Assembly (NCBI GenBank): GCA_965197745.1
Contig: CBDANS010000006.1
Coordinates: 1,453,834 to 1,517,833, forward strand
Source of the DNA: Opitutales bacterium
GTDB taxonomy: Bacteria > Verrucomicrobiota > Verrucomicrobiia > Opitutales > PNEW01
Length of the DNA stretch: 64,000 nucleotides
Reading direction: 5' to 3'
The notes below the pieces were generated by a model. That model made no database searches. It saw only the letters and a list, made by a program, of their open reading frames with translations, and had not been told where the DNA came from. Of the stretch, positions 50,021 through 60,678 are shown in pieces; within the stretch, counting starts at the first letter, position 1, and the number at the start of each line of letters is the position of its first letter. The position numbers were made by a program, and so were the translations under genes.

Positions 50021-51005
50021 ATGATGAAACACCACCTCTATTCATTCTTGATTCCCTTAATCTCAATGTGCGCCGTGCTGCCGATGTTCGGTGCTCATGA
50101 ACCTCCGTCTTGCGCGGAACACTCCATCGTAGCCAGCGCGGTGCGCACCCCTGAGGACGTGCAAGCATTCGTTCAATGCAGCCTACGAGTATGTCCAGGA
50201 AGAGGGTTTCAGTGAGGCACGCAGGGCCTTTAACGAGGACGAGCGTTGGAAAAGCGGACAGTTTTATATCTTCGTCGACGAAGTAACATCAATGACCGAT
50301 ATGGCGCGAGCGTTCGTCTACCCGCCCGATCCTTCAAGGGAAGGGGAACCGTGGGGACTGTTTGTCGACTTCTACGGCAACGACTACTTCAGGGAACTAT
50401 ATCGCATCATGGGCATCGCCGAGGAGGGCTGGATCTACTACTCCGTTACAAATCCAGCGACGGACAGGGAGGAGCCGAAAGCTTCCTACGTTAAGAGCAT
50501 CGACTGGGACGGGACTCCGGCTGCCATAGGTGCGGGAATCTACCAGCGTGACATCCCCGGCACGTGCAACAGCGAAGAAGTCAATGCCCTGTTGCTCGAT
50601 GACGATCCTTCCAACGAGAGGTTGAAGGAGTTTGTCCGTTGCGCTGCGATGGAACTTGAAATGAAAGGCTACTTTGCGATCAACACTTTGACCACGGATC
50701 CGCGATGGAGACACGGATCAATCTACTTGTTTGCCATCGATACTTATGGCTATACGCTGTTCAGTGGCGATTCATACAGCCAGCCGGATGATATAATGTC
50801 CGAGTTGGTAGGACCGGTCGAAGACCATGACCTTGTGAGCGTGGCGGACGCCTTCGGAGAGAGCTTCCTGTATTACACGAAGCGCAATCCGGCGAGTGGG
50901 ATGGAGGAGCGCAAGGTGTCATTCGTCAAGCGGGTAGTCTCCTTTGGACTGCCGATTCTGATTGGCGCCGGCTATTATTTGGAGGATATGGAGGAGAGTC
51001 CGTAA
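50021..51005 (+). pseudogene. Secreted double-Cache-domain protein copy A, frameshifted
   Basis: ORFs 50021-50215 and 50292-51005 join if the extra A at 50180 is removed (caatgcAgcctac versus caatgcgcctac in the paralogs). Confidence 0.85.
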
Positions 51006-51190
51006 GCCGGGCAAAGCTCGCGCGATAACACATGGGTAGGGGCAACTGCCCTGTGGAGGATGATACGAAGGGGATTCATAAACTCGACATGGGAACAATT
51101 GAGAGCCCTGTCATGGCATTGGATGATATGCTCTTTGGGGTTTAAAGTATAAAATTCCGGATGATAAAATAACCGGGATTTTTCACTTTT

Positions 51191-51330
51191 GGACTAATAA
51201 ACTTGTGCTCCTGAAGGGTGTAAAGTTGTTTATGATGAATACAATTAAACTATTAGAGTCCTTCCGAACCAAAGAACAAGCTATTGAACACCTGGGGCGC
51301 ACAAGGGAGGAGAGGCTCCCAACTCAAACG
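51191..51330 (+). mobile_element. Possible IS1595-family left-end remnant
   Basis: MMNTIKLLESFRTKEQAIEHL from ATG 51232 resembles IS1595 transposase N-termini, then breaks off. Confidence 0.3.
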
Positions 51331-51375
51331 TGACTTCCCGAAATTCTAAAAGCGAAGAATCGTGAATATTAATAA

Positions 51376-52359
51376 ATGATGAAACACCACCTCTGCGCAT
51401 TCTTGATTCCCTTAATCTCAATGTGCGCCGTGCTGCCGATGTTCGGTGCTGATGAACCTCCGACTTGCGCGGAGCACTCCATCGTAGCCAGCGCGGTGCG
51501 CACCCCGGAGGACGTGCTTTCGTTCGTTCAATGCGCCTACGAGTATGTCCAGGAAGAGGGCTTTAAGGAAGCACGCAGGGCCTTCCACGAAGACGAGCGT
51601 TGGAGACACGGCCCGATCTATATCTTCGTCTCCGAAGATACACCGGTAAGCGATCAAACTCGAAGCTTTGTTTTCCCCCTCGACCCGTCAAGGGAAGGGT
51701 TAACATTCAGGCGACTGCTGAACGACGCCTTCGGCAACAACTACTACAAGGAACGACATCGTATCTTGAACATCGTCGAGGAGGGCTGGATCTACTACTC
51801 CTTCACGAACCCCCAGACGGGTAGGGATGAGCCGAAGGCTTCCTACGTCAAGAGCATCGACTGGGACGGGACCCCGGCTGCGATCGGCGCGGGGATCTAC
51901 CGTCGTGACATCCCCGGCGCGTGCTGGAGTGAAGAGGTCAATGCCATGTTGTTCGATAGTGATCCTTCCAACGAGAGATTAAAGGAGTTTGTCCGTTGCG
52001 CTGCGATGGAGCTTGAAATGAAAGGCTACTTTGCCATCAACACTTTGACCACGGAACCGCGATGGAGACACGGATCAATCTACTTGTTTGCCATCGATAC
52101 TTATGGCTACACCCTGTTCAGCGGCGATCCATACAACCAGTGGTCGGGTGTTTCCGAGTTGAAGGAAACGGTCGAAAACCATGATCTTGTGAGCGTGGCG
52201 GAGGCCTTCGGGGAGAGCTTTCTGTATTACACGAAGCGCAATCCGTCGAGTGGGATGGAGGAGCGCAAGGTGGCATTCATCAAGCGGATAGTGTCCTTTG
52301 GACTGCCGATTCTGATTGGCTCCGGCTATTATCTGGAGGATATGGAGGAGAGTCCGTAG
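51376..52359 (+). CDS. Secreted double-Cache (sCache_2-like) protein copy B
   Basis: Signal peptide; two repeats of FV.CA....G...A..F/L...RW..G.IY.F...G.(W/F).YY...NP..G..E.K..(Y/F)(V/I)K...IG(A/S)G.Y. Confidence 0.8.
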   Translation: MMKHHLCAFLIPLISMCAVLPMFGADEPPTCAEHSIVASAVRTPEDVLSFVQCAYEYVQEEGFKEARRAFHEDERWRHGPIYIFVSEDTPVSDQTRSFVFPLDPSREGLTFRRLLNDAFGNNYYKERHRILNIVEEGWIYYSFTNPQTGRDEPKASYVKSIDWDGTPAAIGAGIYRRDIPGACWSEEVNAMLFDSDPSNERLKEFVRCAAMELEMKGYFAINTLTTEPRWRHGSIYLFAIDTYGYTLFSGDPYNQWSGVSELKETVENHDLVSVAEAFGESFLYYTKRNPSSGMEERKVAFIKRIVSFGLPILIGSGYYLEDMEESP

Positions 52360-52656
52360 GCTGGGAGTAAAGCTCGCGCAGAACACATGGCAGGAACGGG
52401 CTGCCCTGTGTGAATATATTAGGCCAATTAAATATCCGGATAGTGCCAAGTACCCTGATAATGGCCATAAATATAATGTAATGGTACAATCCACTTGGAT
52501 TGCTGAGCGTGAATATTTACACCATCGCAAGTTTCATAATACTCACGGTTTAAATCTCCAAATATTCCTTTTGATTATCCCTTCGGGTAATAGGCTTTTA
52601 CTATAAAAGTGGGTAGTGTATTATCTTGTATCTAAATTAGAAAATTCTGCATAACG

Positions 52657-53595
52657 ATGCCTAAAAGTAGTAAGTCAAAAGCAAAGTGTCAACCGGCGGT
52701 CCTCAGGGGATTTTCTAAGCGGGAAATAAAAACTGAGAAGTTATTAAGTAAAGTAGACCGATCAAAACTCCCCTGGGAACAGAATGGATTAAGTGATGAA
52801 GATCTAGAATTCCTTGTTCAAACACTGACTCCTATACGGCCATACAATAAGAAAGAGGTTTGGGCGGGCGCATGTGCTTTGCGAAAGCAAAAACCGGAGA
52901 GTTGGAGAATTTTTGTTTATGCTATTCTCGATAGCATAAAACATAAAAGATTGTTGCAAGAGCTTGATTCTGTCTGGCCTGAATGGGAGGATGAATATAT
53001 TAAGAAATTTAATCATAAAGTATTAGAGGAGATGAGGGCTGGAAGATTAGTTTTTAAATATAATAGAAGTCTACGAGATCGTAAAGTAACCTTTGTGGAT
53101 CCATATTTTAATTGGTTGGAACCCCACACTATTTGTGAATATGCGGAGGCAATTGCTGTTAATATTCAAACGATTAAAAGGTTTTTAAAATCAATAAAGG
53201 CAAAACCTTCCACACCAGCACGAGGTCCATATGGTCAGCAATATTCACCTACTGTAGGGCTAAAGATTTTTAAAGCATGGCTTACTAAACCGCGTTGGCT
53301 TACAGTTAATACACTGAAAAAAAATTTTCCAGTTACTAAAAAAAGTAAAATAAAACAACCGGGTGAAGCAGGGCTGCGCTGTCAATTAGGTGTGAAATTA
53401 TTCAAAGGATTATACTATGATGATGGCGACGCAAAACTGAAGGAAAAATTCAGAAGCATAATCCATGCGAATTTACCTGGCAGTAAAGACGCGTGGCTTA
53501 AAGAGTTAAAACCTAAAATAGAGAGTAGCAAAAGTCCCTGGGATCGTATCCAAAATAAGATTAATGAAATTATAGCTATTCCACCTATTAACTGA
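52657..53595 (+). CDS. Hypothetical basic protein
   Basis: 312-aa AT-rich ORF, Lys-rich; no family recognised. Confidence 0.65.
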   Translation: MPKSSKSKAKCQPAVLRGFSKREIKTEKLLSKVDRSKLPWEQNGLSDEDLEFLVQTLTPIRPYNKKEVWAGACALRKQKPESWRIFVYAILDSIKHKRLLQELDSVWPEWEDEYIKKFNHKVLEEMRAGRLVFKYNRSLRDRKVTFVDPYFNWLEPHTICEYAEAIAVNIQTIKRFLKSIKAKPSTPARGPYGQQYSPTVGLKIFKAWLTKPRWLTVNTLKKNFPVTKKSKIKQPGEAGLRCQLGVKLFKGLYYDDGDAKLKEKFRSIIHANLPGSKDAWLKELKPKIESSKSPWDRIQNKINEIIAIPPIN

Positions 53596-53708
53596 TGGAG
53601 CTCTAATAATATTTCTTCAGTGATTCCTTAGTGGGGACTTTAGATACATTAGAAGAATACTTTGGATGTTTTAAATAAAAAGCGGGGACTTTACTTTAAG
53701 ATGTCGTT

Positions 53709-53966
53709 TTGATGATCAAGATACGCTCCTATCGTTTGATAACAAAAACGATTGTGTATACTCATCATCATAATGATCAGTTGGTAGATGCTGCAAGGCT
53801 CCTGGAAATCCTCTTCGATGAAAGGTCCCGTCCGAGCTTACGCTGGCTTCGAGAACAGCAAAGAAGGAGAACCATACCCTATATCAAGATAGGGCATCTG
53901 GTAAGATTTAATCCAGCTCTAGTACGGGAGGCCCTAGAGGAGAGAAATACAGTAGTGCCCCGTTAA
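53709..53966 (+). CDS. Small excisionase/AlpA-like HTH DNA-binding protein
   Basis: LVDA..LL....RPSLRWLRE.....IPYIKIGHLVRFNP..VREAL; the true start may be GTG 53754. Confidence 0.7.
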   Translation: MMIKIRSYRLITKTIVYTHHHNDQLVDAARLLEILFDERSRPSLRWLREQQRRRTIPYIKIGHLVRFNPALVREALEERNTVVPR

Positions 53967-53980
53967 AGTGATAATTTAAA

Positions 53981-54760
53981 ATGTCAGAAGATCAAACAAA
54001 TGTAAATAGAGAGAAATATATCCAGGCCCCTTTATGCCTTTTGGCTTATCCTGGCAATGGTGTGAACGATATCATAGATGGGATGTTAACAATTGGTATG
54101 CAAAGGATTCGTTCCCATTTATCTGATCGACCTGAAGATGAACTCTTACTGCCTGAGGAAAATGATTTACCAAATGACTTTGATCTCAACAAACGCTCGC
54201 ATCGATTACTGTGCGCTGCGGCAGAGATGTCAGGGATAAAATTATATTCAGTGGGAAATAATGAAAAAGACATAAGGAAATATCAAGCATTTATAGATGA
54301 TTTTGAGTCAGAATTTGGAACTGACGCCTTAGTCCGACATAAGACAGATGTGTGTTTTGATGTAAGAGACAACGGTGCGCTCGATCCCCGTGAATTTTCA
54401 ATTCTTTCAGCCATTTATTCCTGCCTGGGTCAAAGTAGTTACCGGCGAATCACCAGTGCTGAAATCCAGTACCGTGCAACCGGTTACCGTTCAAAAGAGA
54501 TTTTTGACACTTTTGAAGAGAGACCTAAATCTTATTCAATAAAGCAAGTACGAAAGACTGTCGAAGATCTTTTTTTAAATGGTTTTTTTGGAAGATTTAC
54601 TTATCGATATCGTGAGACCTATTATTCTCACAAACTTAGTGAAGATGAGTTAAGAGAAAAAGTAATCGAAAAGAGAACAAATCGTATGAGGAAGAAAAAA
54701 TCTATCAAGGCTAAGGATGCGGCAATAAATAAAAGACTAATGAAATTAAAAATGGGATAG
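53981..54760 (+). CDS. Hypothetical protein, possibly a replication initiator
   Basis: Follows the Xis-like gene; wHTH-like segment (ILSAIYSCLG...IQYR...VRKTVEDL...GFF); repeats lie downstream. Function is inference. Confidence 0.55.
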   Translation: MSEDQTNVNREKYIQAPLCLLAYPGNGVNDIIDGMLTIGMQRIRSHLSDRPEDELLLPEENDLPNDFDLNKRSHRLLCAAAEMSGIKLYSVGNNEKDIRKYQAFIDDFESEFGTDALVRHKTDVCFDVRDNGALDPREFSILSAIYSCLGQSSYRRITSAEIQYRATGYRSKEIFDTFEERPKSYSIKQVRKTVEDLFLNGFFGRFTYRYRETYYSHKLSEDELREKVIEKRTNRMRKKKSIKAKDAAINKRLMKLKMG

Positions 54761-54922
54761 AATCTTAACCCCTTTTTAATGAACCAAACGAGACAACTTA
54801 TAAATAACAGAAACAATAATTTCGTGAAATTCCTTATCCATTTTAAGCGGTTAACATAAGGGCAACTTGAGGGCAACTTTAATAGAGATATTCTTAATAG
54901 AGATTGTACGCATAAAGATACT

Positions 54923-55201
54923 ATGAATAAAGATAGATTTAATAATAAGGGTTGTCGGGTCCGACAACTGCGAAAAAAATATATTGATGTGCTAGCAATT
55001 AATGAAATCAAAGAGGTCTGGATTGAGTATTGTGCAAACTTTGAACCGACAGATAAAGAAAAGAGAATACGGCTATCACTGATCGCAGACTATTTAAGAG
55101 AAGGCGGTGAAAAGGACGACATTGTCGAGGCCTTGGAGGCCGATTGTGAAGTCGATATTATAGAGCTTTGTCGGGATATAGATCTTAAGGGATTTTTATG
55201 A
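54923..55201 (+). CDS. Hypothetical protein
   Basis: 92-aa ORF co-oriented with the upstream pair. Confidence 0.4.
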   Translation: MNKDRFNNKGCRVRQLRKKYIDVLAINEIKEVWIEYCANFEPTDKEKRIRLSLIADYLREGGEKDDIVEALEADCEVDIIELCRDIDLKGFL

Positions 55202-55310
55202 CGGCTAAATTATTCTTTTTTATCTGGGAGGTAAATATTTGAAATCAAATAGATGCAATGGATGTTGCATAAAAAGATAAGGGATCATGAATTCATCAAG
55301 CAAAGTCTTT

Positions 55311-55476
55311 TAAGGGGTCTGAGAGCCTCGAGAAAGGCCGTTTGCATCTTAAGGCAGGGAATGGGTTTCATAACGAAGAGTAATCGTTCCTTTAGAGCCC
55401 ATTTAAAAGTGTTCGTTTTAAATTGTTTTGCTGTTAAGCGTTGCTCGATTGTAAATATATTTTCTGGTGAGTAAAT
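55311..55476. repeat. Dispersed island repeat, copy 1
   Basis: aaggggtctgagagcctcgagaaagg...tttaaaagtgttcgttttaaattgttttgctg...tgtaaatatatttt.ggtgagtaaat. Confidence 0.85.
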
Positions 55477-55739
55477 TAATAGTGAGACCACCGGTCGATC
55501 TGGTGATTAAAAACATAATAATAAAAACCTCAAAGGTAATCAGCATGCTTTTGATCTATGATCATTTTAATATTTGAAATGAGCTGTCCCAAGCAGACAC
55601 AGACAATATCTTTAAGCAACAGATTTTACCGCGGCAAAATATTCTAAAAAATAATGCTTACATTTCTACGCTCGATTGCATGTTTTCAAGGCTGGGGGGA
55701 ACTTTTTGAAAATTCGAAGCTTGATTTGACTTGCCTGTG

Positions 55740-55864
55740 AAGGGGTCTGAGAGCCTCGAGAAAGGGCAGTTACATCTTAAGGCAGGGAATGGTTTCATAA
55801 CGGAGGGTGATCGTACCTTTCAGAGCCAATTTAGCGGGGTTCTTTTTAAATATTGTTGCTGCCA
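55740..55864. repeat. Dispersed island repeat, copy 2 (3'-truncated)
   Basis: aaggggtctgagagcctcgagaaaggg...catcttaaggcagggaatgg. Confidence 0.85.
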
Positions 55865-56049
55865 TTTCTTACGATCCCCAAGCCCATGTATTTGTCATGA
55901 GCATTCATGCTCATTCCCTATCTCTTCTTATCTCTTGGGTTGTTGATTGCTTTACCCCAGCTTCCGGGTAGCGTCTAAGGGTGAAAATTTTTTGGAGGCC
56001 ATTGACAAATTTTATTAATCATGCGGTTTTACTTCACCCATATTTACCA

Positions 56050-57021
56050 ATGATGAAACACCACCTCTGTCCATTGTTGATACCATTAATCTCAATGTGC
56101 ACCGTGTCGCCGGTGTTCGGTGCAGCTGAAGCTCCGTCTTGCGCGGATCACTCCATCGTGGCCAGCGCGGTGCTCACCCCGGAGGACGTAGAGTCGTTCG
56201 TTCAATGCGCCTACGAGTACGTCCAGGAAGAGGGCTTCAGTGAGGCCCGCAGGGCCTTCAACGAGGACGAACGCTGGAAAAGTGGCGAGATCTACGTCTT
56301 TGTGGACGAATTGCCCGCCATGTCCGATATGTCGCGAGCGATCGTCTACCCACCCGACCCTTCGCGGGAAGGAGTGTCTTGGGGACTACTGATCGACGTC
56401 TACGGAAACGATATCGTCAAGGAATTTACCCGCGTCGTGGGTAGCTTCGGGGAGGGTTGGGTTTACTACTCCTTCAAAAACCCGGCGACGGACAGAAACG
56501 AGCCGAAGGCTTCCTACGTCAAGGGCATTGACTGGGACGGGACTCATGCCGGGATCGGCGCGGGCATCTACCGACGTGACATCCCCGGCACGTGCAACAG
56601 TGAAGAAGTCAATGCCATGTTGCTCGATAGCGATCCTTCCAACGAGAGGCTCAAGGAGTTTGTCCGCTGCGCCGCGATGGAGCTTGAAATGAAAGGCTAT
56701 TTTGCGATCAACACTTTGACCACGGATCCGCGATGGAAACACGAATCAATCTACTTATTTGCCATTGATACTTATGGCTACACGCTGTTTAGCGGAGATC
56801 CATACAGCCAGTGGTCGGGTGTATCTGAATTGAAAGGAACGGTCGAAGAGCATGATTTAGTGAGCGTTGCAGAGGCTTTCGGAGAAAGCTTCCTGTATTA
56901 CACGAAGCGCAATCCGGCGAGTGCAATGGAGGAGCGCAAGGTGACTTTCGTTAAAAGGATCGTATCCTTTGGACTGCCGATTCTGATCGGGGCGGGCTAT
57001 TACCTGGATGAGGGTCCGTAA
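56050..57021 (+). CDS. Secreted double-Cache protein copy C
   Basis: Paralog of copies A and B; start ATG 56050 (MMKHHL). Confidence 0.8.
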   Translation: MMKHHLCPLLIPLISMCTVSPVFGAAEAPSCADHSIVASAVLTPEDVESFVQCAYEYVQEEGFSEARRAFNEDERWKSGEIYVFVDELPAMSDMSRAIVYPPDPSREGVSWGLLIDVYGNDIVKEFTRVVGSFGEGWVYYSFKNPATDRNEPKASYVKGIDWDGTHAGIGAGIYRRDIPGTCNSEEVNAMLLDSDPSNERLKEFVRCAAMELEMKGYFAINTLTTDPRWKHESIYLFAIDTYGYTLFSGDPYSQWSGVSELKGTVEEHDLVSVAEAFGESFLYYTKRNPASAMEERKVTFVKRIVSFGLPILIGAGYYLDEGP

Positions 57022-57163
57022 GAGGCCGGGCAAGCTTGCGCGATAACACCGGGAACTCATAAACTCTCCCTGAGAACAATTGAGAGCCCTGTCATAGTGC
57101 TGGCTGGTTTACTCTTTGCGGGGTGAATTTTTTGAAGCATCACCAATGATTTGATTTGCCCGT

Positions 57164-57325
57164 TAAGGGGGCCTGAGCGCCTCGAGAAAGAGCGTTTGCA
57201 TATAAAGGCAAATGTTTCATAGCTAAGGGTGATCGTACATTTAAAAGCCAATTTAAAAGTGTTCGTTTTAAATTGTTTTGCTGCCAAACTTTGCCCTTTG
57301 TAAATATATTTTCCGGTGAGTAAAT
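57164..57325. repeat. Dispersed island repeat, copy 3
   Basis: aagggggcctgagcgcctcgagaaag...tttaaaagtgttcgttttaaattgttttgctg...ggtgagtaaat. Confidence 0.85.
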
Positions 57326-58331
57326 CGATATATGGACTAGGGGGTCGGTCTTCTGATCGCACCCCCCCCGCCCCCTGTAAGCTGATTTGCTCCCAGATTG
57401 GTTTATTCCCAAATTAGCGGACACCGGCGATGTCAGACGGTGAATGTTTTCTTGATAGGGATACTCTGAATTATAGGGCGCAGTGCGTATAGCAATAGTA
57501 TGTTTGGTTCGCCTTAATAGAGTTTTAAACTGGGGCTTACCCCTTAATTAGCGTTTGTTTAAGACCGTTAGGAATTTTATGTGTCAAATTATTATACTGA
57601 TAACCAGATACTTACAAAACTACTAGACATAATAGCGATTGTGCGGGTCACCTTCTAAGACCTCCTTTTAAGGTATCCCTTTTGGTCCGCGCACACTGGC
57701 ACCAATAACGGTCTGTAGCAACCTGGGAACTACCAATTACCTTTTTTAGTGTGTCCACAGGTTGGCCTTAATTGCGGACAACCGACAACCTCCCTGGATT
57801 GATTAGCAGATAGTTAATACCTGAATCGTGTCGGTCATCCCGCTCTTTTTTAAGTGTGTCTACCGGGAGGTTTAAGTAGCGGACATTCTGAAACCCGTAT
57901 GAAGACTCACATTCAAAAGCCGATCAATGCATTTGCACAGCTGTTTTCAATGAGTATACCGACAATTGATTGGTAAATTCGTCTTTGATGTTTCCTGATT
58001 TTATCGCCCGTAAAAGAATGTGTTGATTGAGGTTTTTGCAATTAAGAGCACTTTAACTTGCCACCCGGTAAAGTTCCACATCGTCGAATATTTCAAGCTG
58101 CGATTCATCTCGGAAGGTAAAGGTATCTTCTTGATAATATTGAGCCTCATTCATATCTCAGGTGGTTTAGTTAACTTACCATGGTGCACAGGAAACGGCA
58201 AGCCGAAGAAAAATGTATAATCTTGACAGCTTCAATCTGACCGCAGAAAAAACGATCCCCCGCTGGCCATTCAAGGTCCTGCAAAGTAAAATATGAAGCT
58301 TAGGTAATTGCCCGCAGAGAGCTTTACCCAG

Positions 58332-58760
58332 TCAACTGCGCTCATTTTTCCCGAGCAATTGCAAGGCCCTTTTGAGCGTTACCCCGCTCAACCTCGCCGC
58401 CATTTCGGTCACCAACAACCTTCGGTCTGCCATATTCGGATTGCGCATCTTTTCCCGCTTCGCAATGAAATCCGCTGCGGCCTCTTCAGATTCTGCCACG
58501 TTGAATACGTATGGGTCGGATTTAGGAAATACACTTCCTTTCAACTCCGTAGCCTTTTTGAATGCTATAATGGAATCCGTCACGGTCTCTTCAGATTTTA
58601 TCTCGCCGTATGCCTGCAGGAGAGGGACTGATGTGGCGATCTCTACCCCGCCACTCAACTTCGCGGCTTTTCGCAGCAACAATAACTTTGGGATTATCTG
58701 CTCCGGGTTCCGTACATTTTCCAACCTCGAAATCTTGCGCTGTTTTCCCTTCTCTGACAT
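58332..58760 (-). CDS. Hypothetical protein
   Basis: 142-aa ATG ORF with protein-like composition. Confidence 0.5.
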   Translation of the reverse strand: MSEKGKQRKISRLENVRNPEQIIPKLLLLRKAAKLSGGVEIATSVPLLQAYGEIKSEETVTDSIIAFKKATELKGSVFPKSDPYVFNVAESEEAAADFIAKREKMRNPNMADRRLLVTEMAARLSGVTLKRALQLLGKNERS

Positions 58761-58833
58761 ATTCTAATGATCGTCTAATGTACTCCCCGTGTGGAGCGTT
58801 CGCGCTTCCCCGAACTGATCCTGCCCAACCCTT

Positions 58834-59562
58834 TCACTCACCCACCTTAAACGCAAGCCGGTGCTTCTCACTACCTGTATAGACATTAAAATAAACCATT
58901 CCTGATCGTTCATACGGAATTTCTATCCATAAAGAGCCACTCACCTTTTCACCTGGGTTAAGCTCCCTGGCTTTCAATATCTTAGAGGCATATTGATGGC
59001 GGGCCTCATCAGCTTGATTCCTGATGTTACTTGATCGTTGCCGGCCTTCAACCTTGGCTATCCTCTGTTGTATTGCAGCTGTTGTAGGATCATACGTAAC
59101 CCCTGTATAAGTTTCACTCCCATAAATAGTATTAACGTTACCATAATGAACCGTTGTTCCCTGGGCACCTGCCACGGCGATGACAGTAGCTATACTATTC
59201 CAAAATTCACGGAATCGTTCCCGACCAGCGACCTCCTTGTTTAAATCGTCCAACGTATTAATATACAAATTCAACTCGTCCGCGGTAACTGCGGTTACAT
59301 GGTTAACCCCAAACTCAATGGGGGCTGCAGACCCGTTCTCGACTTCTATCGTAAATTCCACTCTTGAACCTGCCGCTTTTTGTAAACTGACCATCGTTAC
59401 CTTGTGCTCGCCCTGGGATACGACACGGTGGTGATTTGTTCCTTGCTTATAACTTTTTTGGTAGTCCCTGTCAGCAATCGGAGTAATCTGACGGGTGGTC
59501 TCATAACAGCCGGTTAATAGAAATCCTGCTATTATAATCCAACCCCAGATACCTTTAACCAT
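58834..59562 (-). CDS. Hypothetical lipoprotein
   Basis: Start ATG 59562; lipobox LLTGC after a hydrophobic stretch; C-terminal ELNPGEKVSG beta domain. Confidence 0.7.
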   Translation of the reverse strand: MVKGIWGWIIIAGFLLTGCYETTRQITPIADRDYQKSYKQGTNHHRVVSQGEHKVTMVSLQKAAGSRVEFTIEVENGSAAPIEFGVNHVTAVTADELNLYINTLDDLNKEVAGRERFREFWNSIATVIAVAGAQGTTVHYGNVNTIYGSETYTGVTYDPTTAAIQQRIAKVEGRQRSSNIRNQADEARHQYASKILKARELNPGEKVSGSLWIEIPYERSGMVYFNVYTGSEKHRLAFKVGE

Positions 59563-60042
59563 GGGATAATTAATTACTTTCCCTCTTATGAGAATAGCAA
59601 CGCAATTTTTCTTTACCATCCCCAAACGGGAAGCGGACAAAAAAACACCGGCGGCTACGCACTACCGCTCTCGAGTTGGTGTGCTTCTCGGACCCCCCAC
59701 CGCCGGATTAAACCGCAAATAACGAGGAAAATTTTCTTTACCCATGAGGGTTCGCCCTTAACCCTGCCAGGGGACGCAAACTTATGCACCGGCTCAACCT
59801 TATGACACAAGATCGCTGTGGTGAAAACTCAATATTTTCAAAACTTAACCATTGCCTAAAAAATGATACCTTGACCTATTGGCCGCACCATCAAAACGAA
59901 TCCTTCAGCCATTCTGCGCACGTTCTATACGTGAATACAATCGCTGTTTTAAAAACAAGCGATATACAGCAGTTGCGCAGTGCCTGAGGTTTAATATTGC
60001 ATTAATCCCGAAGAACTGCAGCTGCGTTAATTAGTGTTGATC

Positions 60043-60447
60043 TTATTCTATTGTTAAATGTTCCACAGTTACAGGGATCGCAACTCCATCCTCGTTTAAA
60101 AAGGTAGCATCGATACTTTGAGTGGGCTGAGGGGTTCCATCAGACTTAAAGTTGTTCCGCGTAATCAAGGTCTCAAACCCGGGAGTCGTCGATCCACCCT
60201 CCGCGACCACGATTGAAGCACTGTTTGTTTGCTTCAAGTCTCCTCCGGTGATGCGCAATCCGGGATTACCCGCAGGTACCCTAAATGAATCTTCTCCGAA
60301 CAAGAGATGCGGCACTGCATCGCCATCAGCATCGATATCACCGACCGTTAAGCGTACTGCAACCGGCACTCCTCTCGCAATCACCCCGAAGTTGCCCGTG
60401 CTTCCACTGAAGACCGTGTTCGCCAACTGCATCCCTCCGATCCCCAC
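60043..60447 (-). pseudogene. Orphan C-terminal fragment homologous to the C-terminus of 60679-62952
   Basis: IGGMQLANTVFS...RLTVGDIDA....PHLLFG...GGDLKQTN aligns with IGGIFCANAHFS...RLIIGDLDA....PILLIG...GGDLKQTN; no signal peptide or N-terminal domains. Confidence 0.7.
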
Positions 60448-60678
60448 AGTCGTTTAGGCTTGAAAAGCCCACAAGAGTTTGTCAGACTTCTATCAGGTTC
60501 TGCCCGCATTCGGGCAACGCCCCCCTCACTTCGTCAGGATCTCTCCTATACATCAATCCTAATACCATTAACACACGGTAACTCTCTCACTTAATAATTG
60601 GTACGAAAAACGGGGTCCGATCAAAGATAATATTGTGAAGAAGCTATACCCAAATATCTCCTGATTGAATTATATATA

